DNA of 64,000 nt from Candidatus Eiseniibacteriota bacterium (GTDB lineage: Bacteria; Eisenbacteria; RBG-16-71-46). The notes under the pieces are model-generated. The model did no database searches. It saw nothing but the letters and a program-made list of their open reading frames with translations, and was not told the DNA's origin. The stretch spans positions 1,376,001 to 1,440,000 of the forward strand of contig OY970178.1 in assembly GCA_963707915.1 (NCBI GenBank). Direction: 5' to 3'. Below, in pieces: positions 43,325 to 59,095 of the stretch. Both the position numbers and the translations under genes were made by a program. How positions within the stretch are numbered: the first letter of the stretch is position 1; each line of letters starts with the position of its first letter.

Positions 43325-45058
43325 TCAGCGCACCTCGAGCCGGTAGGGCAGGATCGCGAGCGGTTCCCCCGCCGGGAAGCGCTCGACGGTGGCCCACGCC
43401 CGCAGCATCGGCGGCAGCGTGAGCGCCGCGTCGGCCTCGGCATCTCCGCTGGCCAGGCCGTCGACCACGCGCTCGAGGAACGAGCGCCGGACGCGCGGGT
43501 ACAGGTCGACCACCAGTTCCTCGCCCTGCGGGATGCCCGCCCGGGCCCGGGCGGCCTCCAGGGCCGCCTCGAGGCCGCCCAGCCGGTCCACCAGGCCGCG
43601 CGCCAGCGCCGCCTGCCCGGTCCAGACCCGGCCCTGCGCCACCGAGTCCACCGCGGCCTCCGGGAGCCGCCGCCCGAGGGCCACGCGGGCGACGAAGCCG
43701 CGGTAGAAGCTCTCGAGGTTGCGCTCGAAGAGCGCCGCCTCCTCCGGGGTGAAGTCACGGTAGGGCGAGAGCATCGCCGCGTGACGGCCGCGGGAGACCA
43801 TCTCGACGTTCAGGCCGAGCTTGCGGTACAGGCCGAGGATGTTGAACTTCCCGCCGTAGATGCCGATCGAGCCCGTGACGGTCGCGGGCGAGGCCAGGAT
43901 GCTGTCGGCCGCGACGGCGAAGTAGTAGCCGCCCGAGGCGGCCACGTCGGACATGCTCACGATGACGGGCTTGACCACCCGGCAGCGCTGGACCTCGCGC
44001 CAGATGTCGTCCGACGGGCCGGTCATCCCGCCCGGGCTGTCGATCCGCAGCACGATCGCCCGGATGGCCTTGCGCGTGCGGGCCTGCCGCAGCGCCTCGA
44101 CCACCGTCTCCGAGCCCAGGTCGGCGTCCTGCCCCGGCAGCTGCCGGCTGTGGCCGTCCACGATCGCCCCCTCGGCGACCACCAGCGCCACGCGGCTCCC
44201 GCGCGAGGGCTCCGGCAGCCCGGCGAGGTAGCGGGCGAAGGTCACGGCGGGCAGCCGCCGGCCGCCGCGGCGCAGCGCGAGCGTGTCCACCTCGGTGTCG
44301 TAGAGCAGGGTGTCGAGCAGGCCGCGACGACGGGCCTCCACCGCGGAGAACGGGCCCTCATCGATCAGCCGGGCCACCGAGGCGCGCGCCAGGTGGCGCG
44401 CGCTGCCCACGCTGTCGAGCAGCGCCCCGAAGAGGCCGTCCAGCAGGGCGTCGAGGTCCGCGCGCGCCTCGGGCGACATGCCGGTGCGCATGTAGGGCTC
44501 GGTGCCGGACTTGAAGCGGCCGACATGGACGAAGTTCGGGCTCACGCCGAACTTGTCGAACGCGCCCCGGAAGTAGGTCGCGGTGGCCACCAGGCCGTCG
44601 AACTGCAGCTCGGCGGTGGGGGCCATGGCGACCTTGCCCGCGGCCGTGGCCAGCAGGTACTCGCGGTCTCCTCCGCCGGTGATGCTGGCGTACACCGGCT
44701 TGCCGGTCTGCCGGAAGCGCGTCACCGCGTCGCGCACCTCGCCGATCTTCGCCCAGCCCCAGTCCAGCGAGCCGATGTGCAGGACGAGCCCGCTCACCTG
44801 GTCGTCGTCCGCCGCGTGGCGCAGGGCGCGCAGCACGTCGTAGGTGGTGTAGCGGGCGCGCCGGCGCGGGCCCAGGAACAGCGAGCGCGCCGGGGGCGGC
44901 CCTTCCGAGAGCGTCGCGGGGACGTCGAAGACCAGGACCGCCGGCGCGGAGAGCCGCGAGGCCGCCGAGTGGCGCAGGTTCAGGGCCACCAGGAGTACCA
45001 CGAAGCCGAGCAGCGCTCCGGCGAGCACGAACGCGATGACGCCGCGGCGGGTGGACAT
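43325..45058 (-). CDS. sppA: Signal peptide peptidase SppA (long, two-domain form)
   Basis: GRFKSG, LRIDSPGG, AASGGYY, TGSIGI, QGRVWTG. Confidence 0.95.
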   Translation of the reverse strand: MSTRRGVIAFVLAGALLGFVVLLVALNLRHSAASRLSAPAVLVFDVPATLSEGPPPARSLFLGPRRRARYTTYDVLRALRHAADDDQVSGLVLHIGSLDWGWAKIGEVRDAVTRFRQTGKPVYASITGGGDREYLLATAAGKVAMAPTAELQFDGLVATATYFRGAFDKFGVSPNFVHVGRFKSGTEPYMRTGMSPEARADLDALLDGLFGALLDSVGSARHLARASVARLIDEGPFSAVEARRRGLLDTLLYDTEVDTLALRRGGRRLPAVTFARYLAGLPEPSRGSRVALVVAEGAIVDGHSRQLPGQDADLGSETVVEALRQARTRKAIRAIVLRIDSPGGMTGPSDDIWREVQRCRVVKPVIVSMSDVAASGGYYFAVAADSILASPATVTGSIGIYGGKFNILGLYRKLGLNVEMVSRGRHAAMLSPYRDFTPEEAALFERNLESFYRGFVARVALGRRLPEAAVDSVAQGRVWTGQAALARGLVDRLGGLEAALEAARARAGIPQGEELVVDLYPRVRRSFLERVVDGLASGDAEADAALTLPPMLRAWATVERFPAGEPLAILPYRLEVR

Positions 45059-45183
45059 GGAGGCTGCCTCCGGAGAACGGGGATGGTGGACGGTCCGCAG
45101 AGTCTACGCAGGTCCGCGAGGAAGTAAAGGCCGCACCGGTCGGCGGCGCGGCCGCGCGGCGCCGCGCCGGGTGCGCGGGCGCT

Positions 45184-45828
45184 CTACCGCTCCCGGGGGC
45201 CGGGCCCCATGGCGCGGTGCGTCAGGCGGCGCGCGGCGAGCGTCAGCCGCAGGCTGGTCTCGTACTGCCCGTCACGGAACGCCCGCGACGCCTCCTCCTG
45301 CAGGACGGCGGCGCGGGCCAGCGCATCGCCCACCGGGGGGCCGAGGACGCGACCGCGCCTCGCCGGCCCCGGCGGTCCGCCCCTCGCCGGCCCCGGCGGC
45401 CTGCGCCATGCGAGCCCCGGCGGCTCGTTCGCGCGCGCGAGCACCTCGTCCGTGCGGCGCAGGGCGCGCTCGGTGAACTGCTGGGCGGTCTCCTCCATGC
45501 CGCACAGCCGCAGCGCGCGCAGGCACCGCTCGCGCGCGCCCATCGTCATCTGCAGGGCGCCGAGGTAGCGTCCCGCTTCTTCCGCGCGCCGGGCACGCTC
45601 CTGCATCTCGACGGCCGCGCGCAGCAGCGCCCGCGCCCGAGCGTCCCGGCACTCCGCGACGCGCGGCCCGGAGCGCTCCAGCAGCTCGCCCGTGCGGTCC
45701 CACTGATCGCGCAGGCGCTCCCGCCCCGGCAGGCCGCGCTCCGGCGCCGGGCCCTGCGACCACCCCGTCGCGGGGCACAGCGCGAGCACCGTCAGCGCGA
45801 TCAGGAACGGCCGCATCCGCAAACGCAT
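45184..45828 (-). CDS. Hypothetical secreted helical protein with an internal duplication
   Basis: Signal-like N-terminus MRLRMRPFLIALTVLALC; two similar helical blocks; GGAGGGGG upstream. Confidence 0.6.
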   Translation of the reverse strand: MRLRMRPFLIALTVLALCPATGWSQGPAPERGLPGRERLRDQWDRTGELLERSGPRVAECRDARARALLRAAVEMQERARRAEEAGRYLGALQMTMGARERCLRALRLCGMEETAQQFTERALRRTDEVLARANEPPGLAWRRPPGPARGGPPGPARRGRVLGPPVGDALARAAVLQEEASRAFRDGQYETSLRLTLAARRLTHRAMGPGPRER

Positions 45829-45895
45829 CGTCGCATCCCCCTCCGGGACCGCTCCCGGCACACTGCCGGCGCGCCCATGCCGCACTCCGAGCTGA

Positions 45896-45911
45896 CGCAG
45901 CCCGCGTGCCG
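45896..45911 (-). promoter_or_regulatory. Possible sigma54 (-24/-12) promoter
   Basis: CGGCACG-CGGG-CTGCG (GG-N10-GC), 67 nt upstream of the hypothetical gene. Confidence 0.3.
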
Positions 45912-46143
45912 GACCGACCCGGCGGAGTCGACCACGAACATCCCGTTGCGCGCAAACAGCTTGGTGAGCGAACCGGGATGTCCGCGTCCGCCGGACCGCC
46001 GCCCGACCGGCCCGCGCGGTACGCCCCGGAGCCCCGGGTGCCCGGGACCGGCCACCCCGCCGGCCCGGGAGCGCCCGCGGCCGCCGTGGTCGGCCGCCCT
46101 CCAGGGCGGGCGTGGAGGCCATCCGCCCTGGCCTGGGCACACA

Positions 46144-48025
46144 ATCGGGTAGGCGGGGTCGTTACCGGCCCCGCCTCCCACACCACCGTACGTGCCGTTC
46201 GGCATACGGCGGTTCAAGCTGAGCGCGCAAGGCGCCGGTGTTCCTCGACGAAGCTCACGAGACCAAGTTGACGCAGGGTCAGGACCGGAACGGCGGCGTT
46301 CATGTGGCTGGCCCCGGCATTCCACCACGGGCCCCGGCCATTACCAGCACCGAGGCGTGCGTGTTCCGCGGTCAGACCACGGCGGCGAAGTTCGTCGAAC
46401 CGGGTGCGGCCCCGCTTCCACTGCCGCCACAGCACGGCACGCAGTTTCCGCCGCAGCCACTGGTCCAGTTCTTCGAACACGTTGCCGACCTGGCTCAGCC
46501 GGTAGTACGCCGTCCAGCCCCGGATGATGGGGACGAGCGTCGCGATGGTGTCCTTGAGGCGGCGGCCCCGGGCGGCCCGGAACGTGGCTCGTAGCTTGTC
46601 CTTCAGTCGTTGAACCGACCTCCGGGCGACCTTGAGCTTCGCTTCGCGGTCCACCGTGAACGAGTAGCCGAGGAACGTGCGGTCCCACGGCCTCGCCACC
46701 GCGCTCTTGTCCCGGTTCACCTTCAGCCGGAGCCGCTTCGTGAGGAAGCCCTCCAGCGACGCCATTACCCGCTCGCCCGCCGCCTGCGACCGCACGTACA
46801 CGTTGCAGTCGTCGGCATAGCGCACGAAGCGGTGTCCCCGTCGCTCCAGTTCCTTGTCCAGCTCATCGAGCAGGATGTTGGACAGCAGCGGTGACAGCGG
46901 CCCGCCCTGTGGCGTGCCCTCCGTCCGGGGTGACGCGACTCCACCCTCCAGCATCCCGGCCCGCAGATAGCAGCCGATCAGCCGGAGCACCCGCTTGTCC
47001 TTCACCCGCCTCGCCACGAGTCGCATCAGCACGTCGTGGTTCACCGTGTCGAAGAACTTCGCCAGGTCCAGGTCCACCACCCACCGGTAGCCCGCCGCGA
47101 TGTGTTCGCGGGCACGCACGACCGCGTCGTGCGCCCCGCGTCCCGGCCGGAAGCCGAAGCTCGCGTCCGAGAACGTCGGGTCGAAGATGGGGGTAAGCAC
47201 CTGATGCAGCGCCTGTTGGATCATCCGGTCCAGCACCGTCGGGATGCCGAGCATGCGCACGCCGCCGCCGGGCTTCGGGATCTCCACCCGTCGCACCGAT
47301 TGCGGGCGATACGTACCGCCCAGCAGCTCCTGCCGGATGCGCGGCCAGTGCTCGCGGCAGTATGCCCCAAGCGCTTCGACGGTCATCCCGTCCACGCCCG
47401 GCGCACCGCCGTTCGACACCACCCGCGCGTGCGCCACCGCCAGGTTCTCGCGGCGCAGCACTTCGTCGATGAGACTCCGAGCCTCGTCCCCGGCTGCTCC
47501 GCTGCGTGCCGCGTGTGCTTGACGCTCCGGTTCCGGTACCTCGGCGGTTCCGCCGCCTGCCTCCCGGACCGGCTCGGGCTTCCCAGCCCTCGTTCCTGCG
47601 TCTCCTTCACGTCGCGAACCCATCGGTCCGGTTCGGCTCCTCTGGTTCGGCCCTTCGCGGGTGTGCGCCCCGCTACTATGGCCTCGGCTGACTCCTCGCT
47701 CCGTTCGGGGCCGACTGCTCAGCCGAACGTCACCCTTTCGGGCGTGAGGCGAGGTCTCCCCGGGTATGACGCGTGACTTTCGCTCCATCCACCCGTCGCA
47801 TCTACGCCGGCACGTTCCGGATGACTTCGGGCTTCGAGTCTCTTTGCCCTCTCGCCCACCTGCCGTCGCCTCGTATGCGCTTCGTGTTCCTCGGGCCGGA
47901 GCTTTGCCTCGGGCTTCCTTCCCACCCCGCCTCGCGGCGACGCAGTTGCCTCCGGCTAACGGTTCCCGTCATCAGGGTCCGTAGAGGACTTCCACCTCCA
48001 AGTCATCGCGCCCTGCCGGGCGCAC
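46144..48025 (-). mobile_element. Group IIC intron (~1.88 kb)
   Basis: 5' GTGCGCCCGGCAGGGCGC directly after a terminator; DIII-like GAGTCAGCCGAGGCCATAGTAG; DV GAACCGCCGTATGCCGAACGGCACGTACGGTGGT with CGC triad; DVI ending CCCGAT. Confidence 0.95.
46214..47623 (-). CDS. ltrA: Group II intron reverse transcriptase/maturase, no endonuclease domain
   Basis: GAPGVDG, IPKPGGG.R.LGIP, SFGFRPGR, GTPQGGPLSPLL.NI, RYADD, X-domain GWTAYY; stop overlaps DV. Start uncertain. Confidence 0.96.
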   Translation of the reverse strand: MGSRREGDAGTRAGKPEPVREAGGGTAEVPEPERQAHAARSGAAGDEARSLIDEVLRRENLAVAHARVVSNGGAPGVDGMTVEALGAYCREHWPRIRQELLGGTYRPQSVRRVEIPKPGGGVRMLGIPTVLDRMIQQALHQVLTPIFDPTFSDASFGFRPGRGAHDAVVRAREHIAAGYRWVVDLDLAKFFDTVNHDVLMRLVARRVKDKRVLRLIGCYLRAGMLEGGVASPRTEGTPQGGPLSPLLSNILLDELDKELERRGHRFVRYADDCNVYVRSQAAGERVMASLEGFLTKRLRLKVNRDKSAVARPWDRTFLGYSFTVDREAKLKVARRSVQRLKDKLRATFRAARGRRLKDTIATLVPIIRGWTAYYRLSQVGNVFEELDQWLRRKLRAVLWRQWKRGRTRFDELRRRGLTAEHARLGAGNGRGPWWNAGASHMNAAVPVLTLRQLGLVSFVEEHRRLARSA

Positions 48026-48060
48026 AAAGAAGAAGCCCCGGCGCATGGCGCCGGGGCTTC
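48026..48060 (-). terminator. Rho-independent terminator of the rRNA operon (intron target site)
   Basis: GAAGCCCCGGCGC-CAT-GCGCCGGGGCTTC followed by TTCTTT. Confidence 0.88.
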
Positions 48061-48069
48061 GAACAGTAC

Positions 48070-48186
48070 TGGGGCGGCGACCTACTCTCCCACCCGGTCT
48101 CCCGGGCAGTACCATCGGCGCTGGAGGGCTTAACTTCTCTGTTCGGTATGGGAAGAGGTGTGACCCCTCCGCCATTGCCACCCCAA
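48070..48186 (-). rRNA. rrf: 5S rRNA
   Basis: CCCATACCGAACAGAGAAGTTAAG, GCCGATGGTACTG, GGGAGAGTAGGTCGCCGCC. Confidence 0.96.
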
Positions 48187-48247
48187 TCAGGACGACAACC
48201 AGAACACGAGACGCGGGTACACATGCAGCGCGTTAGTAACATAAACC

Positions 48248-51245
<2,998 letters not shown>

Positions 51246-51446
51246 GGAAAATATTACTAAGGCGCTACTGTGTTTACCCAGCGTCTCGTATTCGGTTGTC
51301 AAAGATCGATGCACGATCCAGCTGCCGGCGGTGCCGGTGCCGGATCGTGTGCGCCCGCGGCCCGCCCCTTCATCGGGACGGCCGGACGGCGCCAAGATCT
51401 ATCGAGGCCGCCCCGGCTTGCGCCGCGGCCGACCCTCTCTCTGTTC

Positions 51447-51522
51447 TGGTGGAGATAGCGGGGCTCGAACCCGCAGCCTCCGGCTTGCAAAGCCGGCGCT
51501 CTCCCAATTGAGCTATATCCCC
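51447..51522 (-). tRNA. tRNA-Ala(TGC)
   Basis: GGGGATATAGCTCAATTGGGAGAGCG...CCGGC-TTTGCAA-GCCGG...TCCACCA. Confidence 0.97.
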
Positions 51523-51580
51523 GGAGCATGATCAGCAGACCGTCCCCGGCGCAGCCAGGTCCAGCCGTGGGCCATCAAGT

Positions 51581-51657
<77 letters not shown>

Positions 51658-51910
51658 ACACCTTAGCAACGACTGCCGAGGCGATTCATCGTGAGGCGGC
51701 CCGGGTCACCCCGTCCACCTCGCTCGTGATCGGCCCTCGACGGGCCCGAGCCTGGCCGAGCCTGGCGGGATGAATCGAGCCCGGCCGGCGTACCGGCCAG
51801 GCTCTTCCCAGCCCCAGGATCCAGAAAAGAGAGAATAGCGCGCGAGTCTGAAGAACCCGGGAGGTTCGACCTAGGATGTGCCACCCGGCGAACCGGGCGA
51901 CAGGTCTCCC

Positions 51911-53470
<1,560 letters not shown>

Positions 53471-53601
53471 TGAAAATTCGGAGATCATGCGATGGACCGA
53501 AGCCCACTCGCATGGATCATTAGCAAGGAAATGAAACCGACTCCCACGCCAAGAAGCGCGTGAGGTCGGGACCTCGCACGGGCCTTCAGTAAGTTCGCGC
53601 G

Positions 53602-53624
53602 CTATTCAATTTTCAAAGAGCGAA
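53602..53624 (-). promoter_or_regulatory. boxA-like antitermination element of the rrn leader
   Basis: GCTCTTTGAAAATTGAATAG; a related GATCTTTGACAACCGAATA occurs before the 23S (~51290-51307). Confidence 0.65.
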
Positions 53625-53664
53625 GTTATCTACGCGCCTTCTCCAAGGGAAAAGGCGGACGGGG

Positions 53665-53694
53665 AATCTAGCCTTCGGATGGGGTACAAGTCAA
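53665..53694 (-). promoter_or_regulatory. rrn P2 promoter
   Basis: TTGACT-18 nt-TAGATT. Confidence 0.65.
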
Positions 53695-53735
53695 GTACTA
53701 TCGATTCCGGAGGACATCTTCCCTGCAGCCGTGGC

Positions 53736-53764
53736 AATGTAGCCGACCCAACCACGCTTGTCAA
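53736..53764 (-). promoter_or_regulatory. rrn P1 promoter
   Basis: TTGACA-17 nt-TACATT followed by GC-rich discriminator GCCAC. Confidence 0.75.
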
Positions 53765-53874
53765 CTGGGGGTCCACCCGGCTTCCCACCGAGCTCAAACG
53801 CCCGGCCAAGCGGTGTCCTGCCAACGGGTTGGCGGCCTCACCGCCGCCCCGGCGGCCGGCTCGTCAGGGCGGAT

Positions 53875-55134
53875 CTAGGGGCGAAAACGCTTCATCCGCC
53901 GCCCCGCGCGCACCACGAACTCCCTCGCCAGGTCGAGCGGGTGCGTCAGCGCGGTCACCTTCTCGCCGTCCACGCTCACCGCGCGCTGCTCGACCAGGCG
54001 CCGCGCCGCGCTCTTCGAATCCGCGATGCCCGCGGCGACGAGGACCTCGACGATCCCCGCGATCGGCGCGTGCCCGAGCGCCTTCGCCAGCTCGGCCGGG
54101 CCGAACTCCTCGAGGTGTTCCGGCGTCTCGCGCCGGCTGAACTGCGCTTCGAAATCACGCTGCGCGACGTCCGCGGCGGCGGCGCCGTGGTAGATGCGAG
54201 CGATGCGGTGCGCGAGCCGCTTCTTGATCGACATCGGGTGGACCGCGGCGTCCGCCAGGTCGCGCTCCACCGCCACGAGCTCGTCCTCGTCAGCGTCGGT
54301 CACGAGCCGCCAGTAGAGGCCCATCACCGCGTCGGGCAGGCTCATCACCTTGCCGTACATGTCGCCGGGCGCGTCCGCGACGCCGACGTAGTTGCCCAGG
54401 CTCTTGCTCATGCGCTGCACGCCGTCGAGCCCCGGCAGCACCGGCAGCGTCATGGCGATCTGCGGCGGCTGGCCGTGGATCTCCTGCAGCACCCGCCCCA
54501 CCAGCAGGTTGAACTTCTGCTCGGTGGCGCCCAGCTCCACGTCCGCGCGGATCGCCACTGAGTCGTAGCCCTGCATGATCGGGTAGAACAGCTCGTGCAG
54601 GCTGATGGGCTGCTGATCGCGCATGCGCTTGGCGAAGTCGTCGCGCTCGAGGATGCGCGCCACCGTGTACTGCGAGGCGAGCCGCATCACGCCCATGAAG
54701 TCCATGACCGAGAACCACTCGCCGTTGCGGTGGACCTCGACGGGGAGGCGCGGCGCCGCCGGCTCCGGGTCGAGCACGCGGAAGAACTGCTCGAGGTAGG
54801 TGCGCGCGTTGGACTCGACCTCGGGCTGCGTCAACTGCGGCCGCACCTTGCTGCGGCCGCTCGGGTCGCCGACCATGCCGGTGTAGTCGCCGACGATGAG
54901 CACGACCTGGTGGCCGAGGTCCTGGAACTGCCGCAGCTTCCGCAGGCCCACGGTGTGGCCCAGGTGGATGTCCGGCGCCGTGGGGTCGAATCCCTGCTTG
55001 ACGCGCAGCGGGCGGCCCTCGCGCGCGCCCAGGCGCAGCCGCTCGAGCAGCGTGCCGGCCTCGGGCAGGATCTCCACCGTGCCGCGGGACAGCAGGGCCA
55101 TCTGGTCGTCGGGGCTCATCGCTCGCGGGCTCAT
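53875..55134 (-). CDS. tyrS: Tyrosine-tRNA ligase
   Basis: [30 protein letters not shown]-terminal S4 domain. Confidence 0.97.
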   Translation of the reverse strand: MSPRAMSPDDQMALLSRGTVEILPEAGTLLERLRLGAREGRPLRVKQGFDPTAPDIHLGHTVGLRKLRQFQDLGHQVVLIVGDYTGMVGDPSGRSKVRPQLTQPEVESNARTYLEQFFRVLDPEPAAPRLPVEVHRNGEWFSVMDFMGVMRLASQYTVARILERDDFAKRMRDQQPISLHELFYPIMQGYDSVAIRADVELGATEQKFNLLVGRVLQEIHGQPPQIAMTLPVLPGLDGVQRMSKSLGNYVGVADAPGDMYGKVMSLPDAVMGLYWRLVTDADEDELVAVERDLADAAVHPMSIKKRLAHRIARIYHGAAAADVAQRDFEAQFSRRETPEHLEEFGPAELAKALGHAPIAGIVEVLVAAGIADSKSAARRLVEQRAVSVDGEKVTALTHPLDLAREFVVRAGRRMKRFRP

Positions 55135-55252
55135 GGGTTCTCCTTGGCGTTCGTCGGCATCTCGGCGCGGATTCTAGAGTGGCCACCGCGCGGCGGCAAC
55201 CGGCGCCGCGCCGCGTTGCAGGACGGTGCCAAGCGTTCTAGGCTCCCGGGCC

Positions 55253-57421
55253 ATGCGGACCCCCCGGAAGCTCGCCTCGATGGAACAGGCGGCCGTGAGC
55301 GTGGCCCACCGGTTCCCCTGGCGGCTGTTCCTCTCCATCGTCGTGGTCGCCGTCTTCGGCGCGGCCGGCGCCACCTTCGGCGTGGTCCAGTGGCTGCGCC
55401 GCGACCTGCCTTCGCCCGAGCAGGTCACCACGCTCCAGACCCCGGTCAAGACGACGGTGTACGACGTGCGCGGCCGGGTGCTCCACGAGTTCTACAAGGA
55501 GAACCGCTCGCCGGTGGCGCTGCGCCGGATCCCGCGCAACCTCGTCAACGCCACGCTGGCGACCGAGGACCGGAGCTTCTACGACCACTGGGGCGTGGAC
55601 CTGTGGGGGATCGCGCGTGCCACGGTCAACAACGCGATGCACCTGCACGCCATGCAGGGCGGCAGCACCATCACCCAGCAGCTGGCCCGCAACCTGTTCC
55701 TGACCCACGAGCGCACGCTGACCCGCAAGCTCAAGGAGGTCGCCCTCGCCATCGAGCTGGAGCGCGATTACTCGAAGGACCAGATCCTGGAGATGTACTT
55801 CAACCAGATCTACTTCGGGGAGGGTGCCTACGGGGTGGACGCGGCGGCGCGCACCTTCTTCGACAAGCCGATCCAGCAGCTCACGCTTTCCGAGTGCGCG
55901 CTGCTCGCCGGGATCCCGGCGAACCCGAGCCTCTACTCCCCGCGGCGCCGCGCCCGGGCCGCGCTGGCGCGGCGCGCCAAGGTGCTGCGCAACATGCTGG
56001 AGACGCGCGCCATCACGCAGGTGGAGTTCGACCGCGCCACGGGCGAGCCGCTGGGGGTCACGGCGGCCCGCTGGAGCAACGACCGCGCGCCCTACTTCGT
56101 CGAGATGGTGCGCCTGCACCTGGACGAGCGCTACGGCTCCAACGCGGTCTACGAGGGCGGGCTCAAGGTCTGGACGACGCTCGACATGGACCTGCAGCAG
56201 ATCGCCGAGCGGGCCCTCGACCGCCAGCTGTCCGCGCTCGAGACCGAGTTGAAGCCGCGCTTCACGCGGGCCGGGTTCACCCCGCACCAGGCGCCGGTCG
56301 CCGGCACCCAGCAGAACACCCCCTACCTCCAGAGCGCCTTCGTGGCGCTGGACACGCGCAGCGGGCAGGTCCGCGCGCTGATCGGCGGCCGCGACTGGAA
56401 CCAGAGCAACTTCAACCGCGCCGTGCAGGCGCAGCGGCAGCCCGGCTCGTCGTTCAAGCCCTTCGTCTACACCGCGGCGATGGACAACGGCTTCAAGCCC
56501 ACCGACATCGTGGTGGACGCGCGCGTCTCGTTCCCGGGCGGGGCGGACGGCAAGCCCTACGAGCCGCGCAACTACGACCACCAGTACCGCGGGCCGGTCA
56601 CGTTGCGCTACGCGCTGCAGCAGTCCATCAACATCCCGACCATCAAGCTGCTGCGCCAGGTGGGCGTGGCCCAGGTGGCGAGCTACGCGCGGCGCATGGG
56701 GATCATGAGCCCGCTCGGCCAGAACCTCTCGCTCGCGCTCGGCAGCAGCGAGGTCAACCTGCTCGAGTTGACCGCCGCCTACGCGGTCTTCGCCAATCGC
56801 GGCATCCGCAACGACCCGATCCTCATCCTCAAGGTCGAGGACCGGGCCGGCAACGTCCTCGAGAAGAGCGCCCCGCGCCCGGTGGAGGTGCTCTCCGAGG
56901 AGACCGCCGCGGTGATGACCTCGATGCTGCGCAGCGCGCTCGACCACGGCACCGGCTACTCGGCGCGCGCGCGCGGCTTCACCCTGCCCGCGGCGGGCAA
57001 GACGGGCACCATGGACGAGTACATGGACGCCTGGTTCGTGGGCTTCATCCCGAGCATGGTCGCCGGCGTATGGGTGGGCTACGACGACAAGCGCGTCATC
57101 GGCCCCGGCATGACGGGCGCGCGCGCGGCGCTGCCGATCTGGACCGACTTCATGATGGAGGCGACACGCGGCCGGCCGGCGGAGGACTTCCCCGAGCCGG
57201 TGGGCATCGCCACGCGCCTGGTGTGCACGGAGAGCGGGATGCTGGCCACCGACGCCTGCCCGCACGTCACGAACGAGAACTACAGCGTCGGCTCGGAGCC
57301 GACCGAGTACTGCACCCAGCACCCGGGCGCGCCGCTCGATCCCACCTCCCCGGAGATCGTGCCGCCGCCCGACGAGGCGCCCTCGGACGCCTCCGAGCCC
57401 CCGGCCCCGCCACCCCGCTAG
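55253..57421 (+). CDS. mrcA: Class A penicillin-binding protein 1A
   Basis: TM anchor; [22 protein letters not shown]; transpeptidase SSFK, SIN, KTG. Confidence 0.95.
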   Translation: MRTPRKLASMEQAAVSVAHRFPWRLFLSIVVVAVFGAAGATFGVVQWLRRDLPSPEQVTTLQTPVKTTVYDVRGRVLHEFYKENRSPVALRRIPRNLVNATLATEDRSFYDHWGVDLWGIARATVNNAMHLHAMQGGSTITQQLARNLFLTHERTLTRKLKEVALAIELERDYSKDQILEMYFNQIYFGEGAYGVDAAARTFFDKPIQQLTLSECALLAGIPANPSLYSPRRRARAALARRAKVLRNMLETRAITQVEFDRATGEPLGVTAARWSNDRAPYFVEMVRLHLDERYGSNAVYEGGLKVWTTLDMDLQQIAERALDRQLSALETELKPRFTRAGFTPHQAPVAGTQQNTPYLQSAFVALDTRSGQVRALIGGRDWNQSNFNRAVQAQRQPGSSFKPFVYTAAMDNGFKPTDIVVDARVSFPGGADGKPYEPRNYDHQYRGPVTLRYALQQSINIPTIKLLRQVGVAQVASYARRMGIMSPLGQNLSLALGSSEVNLLELTAAYAVFANRGIRNDPILILKVEDRAGNVLEKSAPRPVEVLSEETAAVMTSMLRSALDHGTGYSARARGFTLPAAGKTGTMDEYMDAWFVGFIPSMVAGVWVGYDDKRVIGPGMTGARAALPIWTDFMMEATRGRPAEDFPEPVGIATRLVCTESGMLATDACPHVTNENYSVGSEPTEYCTQHPGAPLDPTSPEIVPPPDEAPSDASEPPAPPPR

Positions 57422-57543
57422 GCGCCCGGCCGGGAACCCGGGCCCGAGGCCGGCCCCCGGCCTTCCCGCCCGGGCCGGCTTTCGCTAGAGTGGGGGTCCA
57501 CAGTCGCGACAGGGCCGCCTGGTCCGCGTGTGAAGGGAGCCCC

Positions 57544-59095
57544 ATGTCCGACGACAAGCGTCTCGCCGACCTCCGTGACCGCAAGCGCCGCCTCCTCGAC
57601 GGGGGCGGGCGCGAGAAGATCGAGAAGATCCACGCCCAGGGCCGGCTCTCCGTCCGCGAGCGGGTCACCGCGCTCTGCGACCCCGGCAGCTTCACCGAGC
57701 TGGGCGTGTTCGTCACCCACCGCTGCACCGACTTCGGGATGGAGCAGCGCAAGGTCACCGGCGACGGCGTGGTGTGCGGCGCCGGCCGCGTCGACGGCCG
57801 GCAGATCTACGTCTTCGCGCAGGACTTCACGGTCTTCGGCGGCACGCTGTCGGAATCGAACGCCCGCAAGATCTGCGACGTGATGGACCTGGCGCTGCGG
57901 ACCGGCGCGCCGCTGATCGGGCTGAACGACTCGGGCGGGGCGCGGATCCAGGAGGGCGTGGCGAGCCTGGGCGGCTACGCCGAGATCTTCTACCGCAACA
58001 CGCTCGCCTCCGGGGTCGTGCCGCAGATCTCGGCGATCTTCGGCCCGTGCGCCGGCGGCGCGGTCTACTCCCCCGCCATCACCGACTTCATCCTCATGGT
58101 CAAGGAGACCAGCCACATGTTCGTCACCGGCCCGAACGTGATCAAGGCCGTGACCAACGAGGAGGTCTCGTTCGAGGAGCTGGGCGGGGCGCTGCACCCA
58201 CAACTCGCGCTCGGGCGTCGCCCACTTCGCCACCGAGGACGACCTCGACTGCATCGCCACGATCCGCCGGCTGCTCTCCTACCTGCCCCAGAACAACGCC
58301 GAGGACCCGCCCGTGACGGCCTCCGCGGACGACCCGGAGCGGCGCGACCCCGAGCTCGCCACCATCGTCCCGGCCGAGCCGAACCAGCCCTACGACATCA
58401 AGGCGGTGGTCACCCGCGTGATGGACCAGGGCTCCTTCCTCGAGGTGCACGAGCACTTCGCGAAGAACCTGGTGGTCGGCTTCGCGCGGCTCGACGGGCG
58501 GAGCGTCGGCGTCGTGGCGAACCAGCCGAACGCGCTGGCCGGGGTGCTCGACATCAACTCGTCGGTCAAGGGGGCCCGCTTCGTCCGCTTCTGCGACGCC
58601 TTCAACCTCCCGCTCGTGACCTTCGAGGACGTGCCCGGCTTCCTCCCGGGGACGGCCCAGGAGTGGGGCGGGATCATCCGCAACGGCGCGAAGCTGCTCT
58701 ACGCCTACTGCGAGGCCACCGTGCCCAAGCTCACGGTGGTCACGCGCAAGGCCTACGGCGGCGCCTACGACGTGATGAGCTCGAAGCACATCCGCGGCGA
58801 CTACAACGTGGCCTGGCCGTCGGCGGAGCTGGCCGTGATGGGGGCCGACGGGGCGGTCCAGATCATCTTCCGCCGGCAGATCGAGGAGGCGGCCGACCCC
58901 GCGGCGGAGCAGAAGCGCCGCGTCGCCGAGTACAACGAGACCTTCGCCAATCCCTACGTGGCCGCCTCGCTGGGCTACCTGGACGACGTCATCGAGCCCA
59001 CCGAGACCCGGCCCCGGCTGATCGCCGCGCTGCGCATGCTCGAGAACAAGCGGCAGACCCGCCCGCCGAAGAAGCATGGCAACATCCCCCTCTAG
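57544..59095 (+). CDS. pccB: Acyl-CoA (propionyl/methylmalonyl-CoA) carboxylase beta subunit; +1 frameshift near 58193
   Basis: [57 protein letters not shown]. Confidence 0.95.

Noticed and set aside
46214..47788. RT as a retron, DGR, CRISPR-associated or defence RT
   Set aside because: Embedded in canonical group II intron RNA (GUGCG start, DV, DVI) with a maturase X domain; no msr/msd, TR/VR, avd or cas genes seen
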